DNA of 61,338 nt, counting the filler, from Sphacelaria rigidula (Eukaryota): assembly GCA_964200075.2 (NCBI GenBank). It is 8 parts of 8 records of this genome, joined end to end, with 100 filler letters (N's around TTAATTAATTAA, not from the genome) between each part and the next. Parts side by side here need not be neighbours in the genome. Positions count along the whole stretch, not along the records: positions 53,760 to 61,338 come from CAXNAA020014246.1; 7 more parts are not named here. The stretch is one strand, 5' to 3'. Every line of letters starts with the position of its first letter. Position 1 is the first letter of the stretch. The notes below the pieces were generated by a model, which ran no database searches, was not told the DNA's origin, and saw nothing but the letters and a program-made list of their open reading frames with translations. The position numbers were made by a program, and so were the translations under genes. This document shows, one piece after another, positions 58,897 to 61,338 of the stretch.

Positions 58897-61338
58897 CGTG
58901 AATCTACACGCGGGGCATCCACCAACACCAGCAGCAGAAACACCAGCAGATAACAGCATTGTCAGCGAGAACATTGACAATTTTCGGTGGTCGTCAACTC
59001 GGACTGTGCTTCATTCTCGATAAACCTGACGCTCGTCTATCTTGTGGCTGACCGCATCTGGGTCCGTACCGGGTCATTTGAGTTCGAGACGAATCACGCA
59101 CTCAATCAATGGAGTATCACCCCATCGGTCGATTAATAGCTGAACAAAAAAATATGAAAACACCGATCACCAGCCACACACAAAATGAAAAAACATCGAA
59201 CTCCTATAAAATAATGTTCACATAGCCTGCCGCTGATAAGCACGAGCACACGCCGTACGGTAAGTTCCACTTCGACGGTTTCGTGGTATCGTAGAACACG
59301 GTGTATCCTTTCCTACCCCTGGGAGAATAGCTTTTCGGGTTCGAGAACTCATCCCTAGAATGCGACGTTTGAAGTAGTAGGTCATGTACCGCGCACTCCA
59401 GTGATGGCGTTGTAACCTGGGTGCTCGTAATTTGGATAGTACGACCCTCCCTTAGCATGCAGGACGTGGGGGCAAGAGGAGCCCTTTGAAATGCCAAATA
59501 CTAGGCCAGGGTCCATGCGCGCGGCGGTAGAACCATGCCGTACCCTGTTTTACCACCTCCACGTGTTGCCTTCCATGCCTACTGCTGTAGCAACCCACCG
59601 CAGGATGCGACAGCACACGTCCTCAACGATAGCCCCCCCCCCCAAAAAAAAAAATCACCACGTTTGACGCGTGACCAATCGGTACAGTCAACACCCATGA
59701 GTCATGAAGTAAATGATGGGCCCATTGCCAGACAAGGGACGGGACGCAACAGACGCGGGATGATATTCGATGTGGTATAAAAATTTCCATAAGTCGTCAC
59801 CCTGGGTAGGTACGTACCCACAGGGGCAGCGGCGGAGGCCGGGGGGTGGGGGGGGGGAATGATCCACGATGTACGGGTTATATTGTGTTCAAGCGTAGAA
59901 CCATCATAAAGTGATCACGCGGGGGAGGTACTCACAGGGGCGGCGGCGGCGGCGGCGGCGGCGGCGGGGGTGGGTGGGGGGGGAAAAATGGGTCATCTAC
60001 GACGTACGGGTAATGATAAATGAATTCGTACGACAGACCAGATCTTGCACGAGTGAATTGTTCTGAGTTTACTGCTTTTACTGCTCACCAAGCAGAATGC
60101 TGGGTATCCAATTTATGTCAAGTATACCATCATCAGTGTGTAAGTGAACAGCAGGTCGTTCCATTGTGTCGTAGAACTGTGCTAGGGACAAAAAAACTTC
60201 CTTCGCGTTCGTCCAAGACATGTACTCGCATACCACACCCACCTATCGTAAGCATAAGCGGTGGGGATTGGCCATGGCTAGGAGTCCACATATAATAGCA
60301 GCCCCAACGAAAACCCCAGAAGCAGTTAATCTCGGGTTGTCAGGGACACGCGCAACCAAGACAACATAGAGCGCTGTTCATCACTCCTTCGTAGAGACGC
60401 AGAGTTGCACACCACCACATGAGCTTTCAAATATCTCGTGGACACGAATAGTCGTCATATCACGATTAATGATGTCACAGAGCGCGACCTGAGCTTAGTG
60501 GGCACAAAAGCTACGCTGTCGCAGAGCCAGAGGTAAATTCCGCCGTTATACGGAAAGAACAAGAAAAACTAGCAGCACAACATTGGAATTTCGTATAAAC
60601 GAACAAAATCTACACACACCACGTCACATCGCATATGGAAGAAAAAAGAGTGAAAGTCTCATTACGGAGGTTGCAGAGAAGGCGCCACTCCCCACCAAAA
60701 CGTTCAGTTAACACACAAGAAGCAGCATGATTCGAACGTCCTGCACTCTTCGTACGTGTCGCCCTACAAAACACCCATCCCTGGTCCAGCACCACCATCC
60801 ACATCGTACATCGCGGCGAGGGGTCGGTGGGATGCACCGCGTTAGATAATTGGATACATACACCGCGATGAAAACGGCGCGGCCTATTTTCAGGTAGGGT
60901 ATGCAAAAAAGAGCTTGCAGGTCGCGAACGCCCCCACAACCAGATCTACAAGGAACCTCATTTCAGATATTTTGTATACACGAAAACAACAGTCGTACTC
61001 CAGGGCAGTCCACAGCAGGGCAGTGACACATCACAGATATCGTCATGGCGCAGGAGACCACACACGTAGGCGTCAATAACTCGCTGATCGATATGAACAA
61101 CCCAACTGTCATACTGTGGTCTTCGGCCAGCCGAGCACCGGGCATGCTCGATGGTGTGGATACGCTGAAGACAACGACTACATACGTAGCAGCTGCTTGC
61201 TATCGAGAGAACCACAGCATCATATTGTTGCACAGTCTGTTAGCCACGACACCACGCTGTCTATTGAGGACCGACGCCCGGATGGGTAGGGTGACTCGTG
61301 TCCAGAATCGAGCTAGGGGGCATTGTAGGAGGTTTGGT

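Overview
Repeat-rich eukaryotic nuclear DNA, probably from a brown alga or related stramenopile. That is an inference from spliceosomal introns, an EsV-1-7-like Cys motif and the style of the repeats. The window is not one locus: it is eight unrelated contigs (6 x 7580 bp, then 2 x 7579 bp) joined by 100-bp N...TTAATTAATTAA...N linkers. Contig 1 holds Ty3/gypsy relics and a MITE. Contig 2 holds a compact, intronless, head-to-head gene pair; its 533-aa ORF begins with an intact TFIIS-type zinc ribbon (CxxC...QIRSLDE...CxxC). This virus- or plasmid-like island is the best candidate for something undescribed. Contig 3 has an unidentified decayed long ORF and stacked SINEs. Contig 4 is a 63-bp satellite with higher-order structure and one inserted MITE. 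Contig 5 has a pogo/CENP-B-type transposase exon and a hairpin. Contig 6 has an Academ/DUF6589-like transposase pseudogene carrying an EsV-1-7-like motif, interrupted by a MITE whose removal restores the frame. Contig 7 has a very long decayed gag-like ORF with a CCHC knuckle. Contig 8 has four exons of a host gene. All family assignments come from motif recognition by eye; no database search was run.
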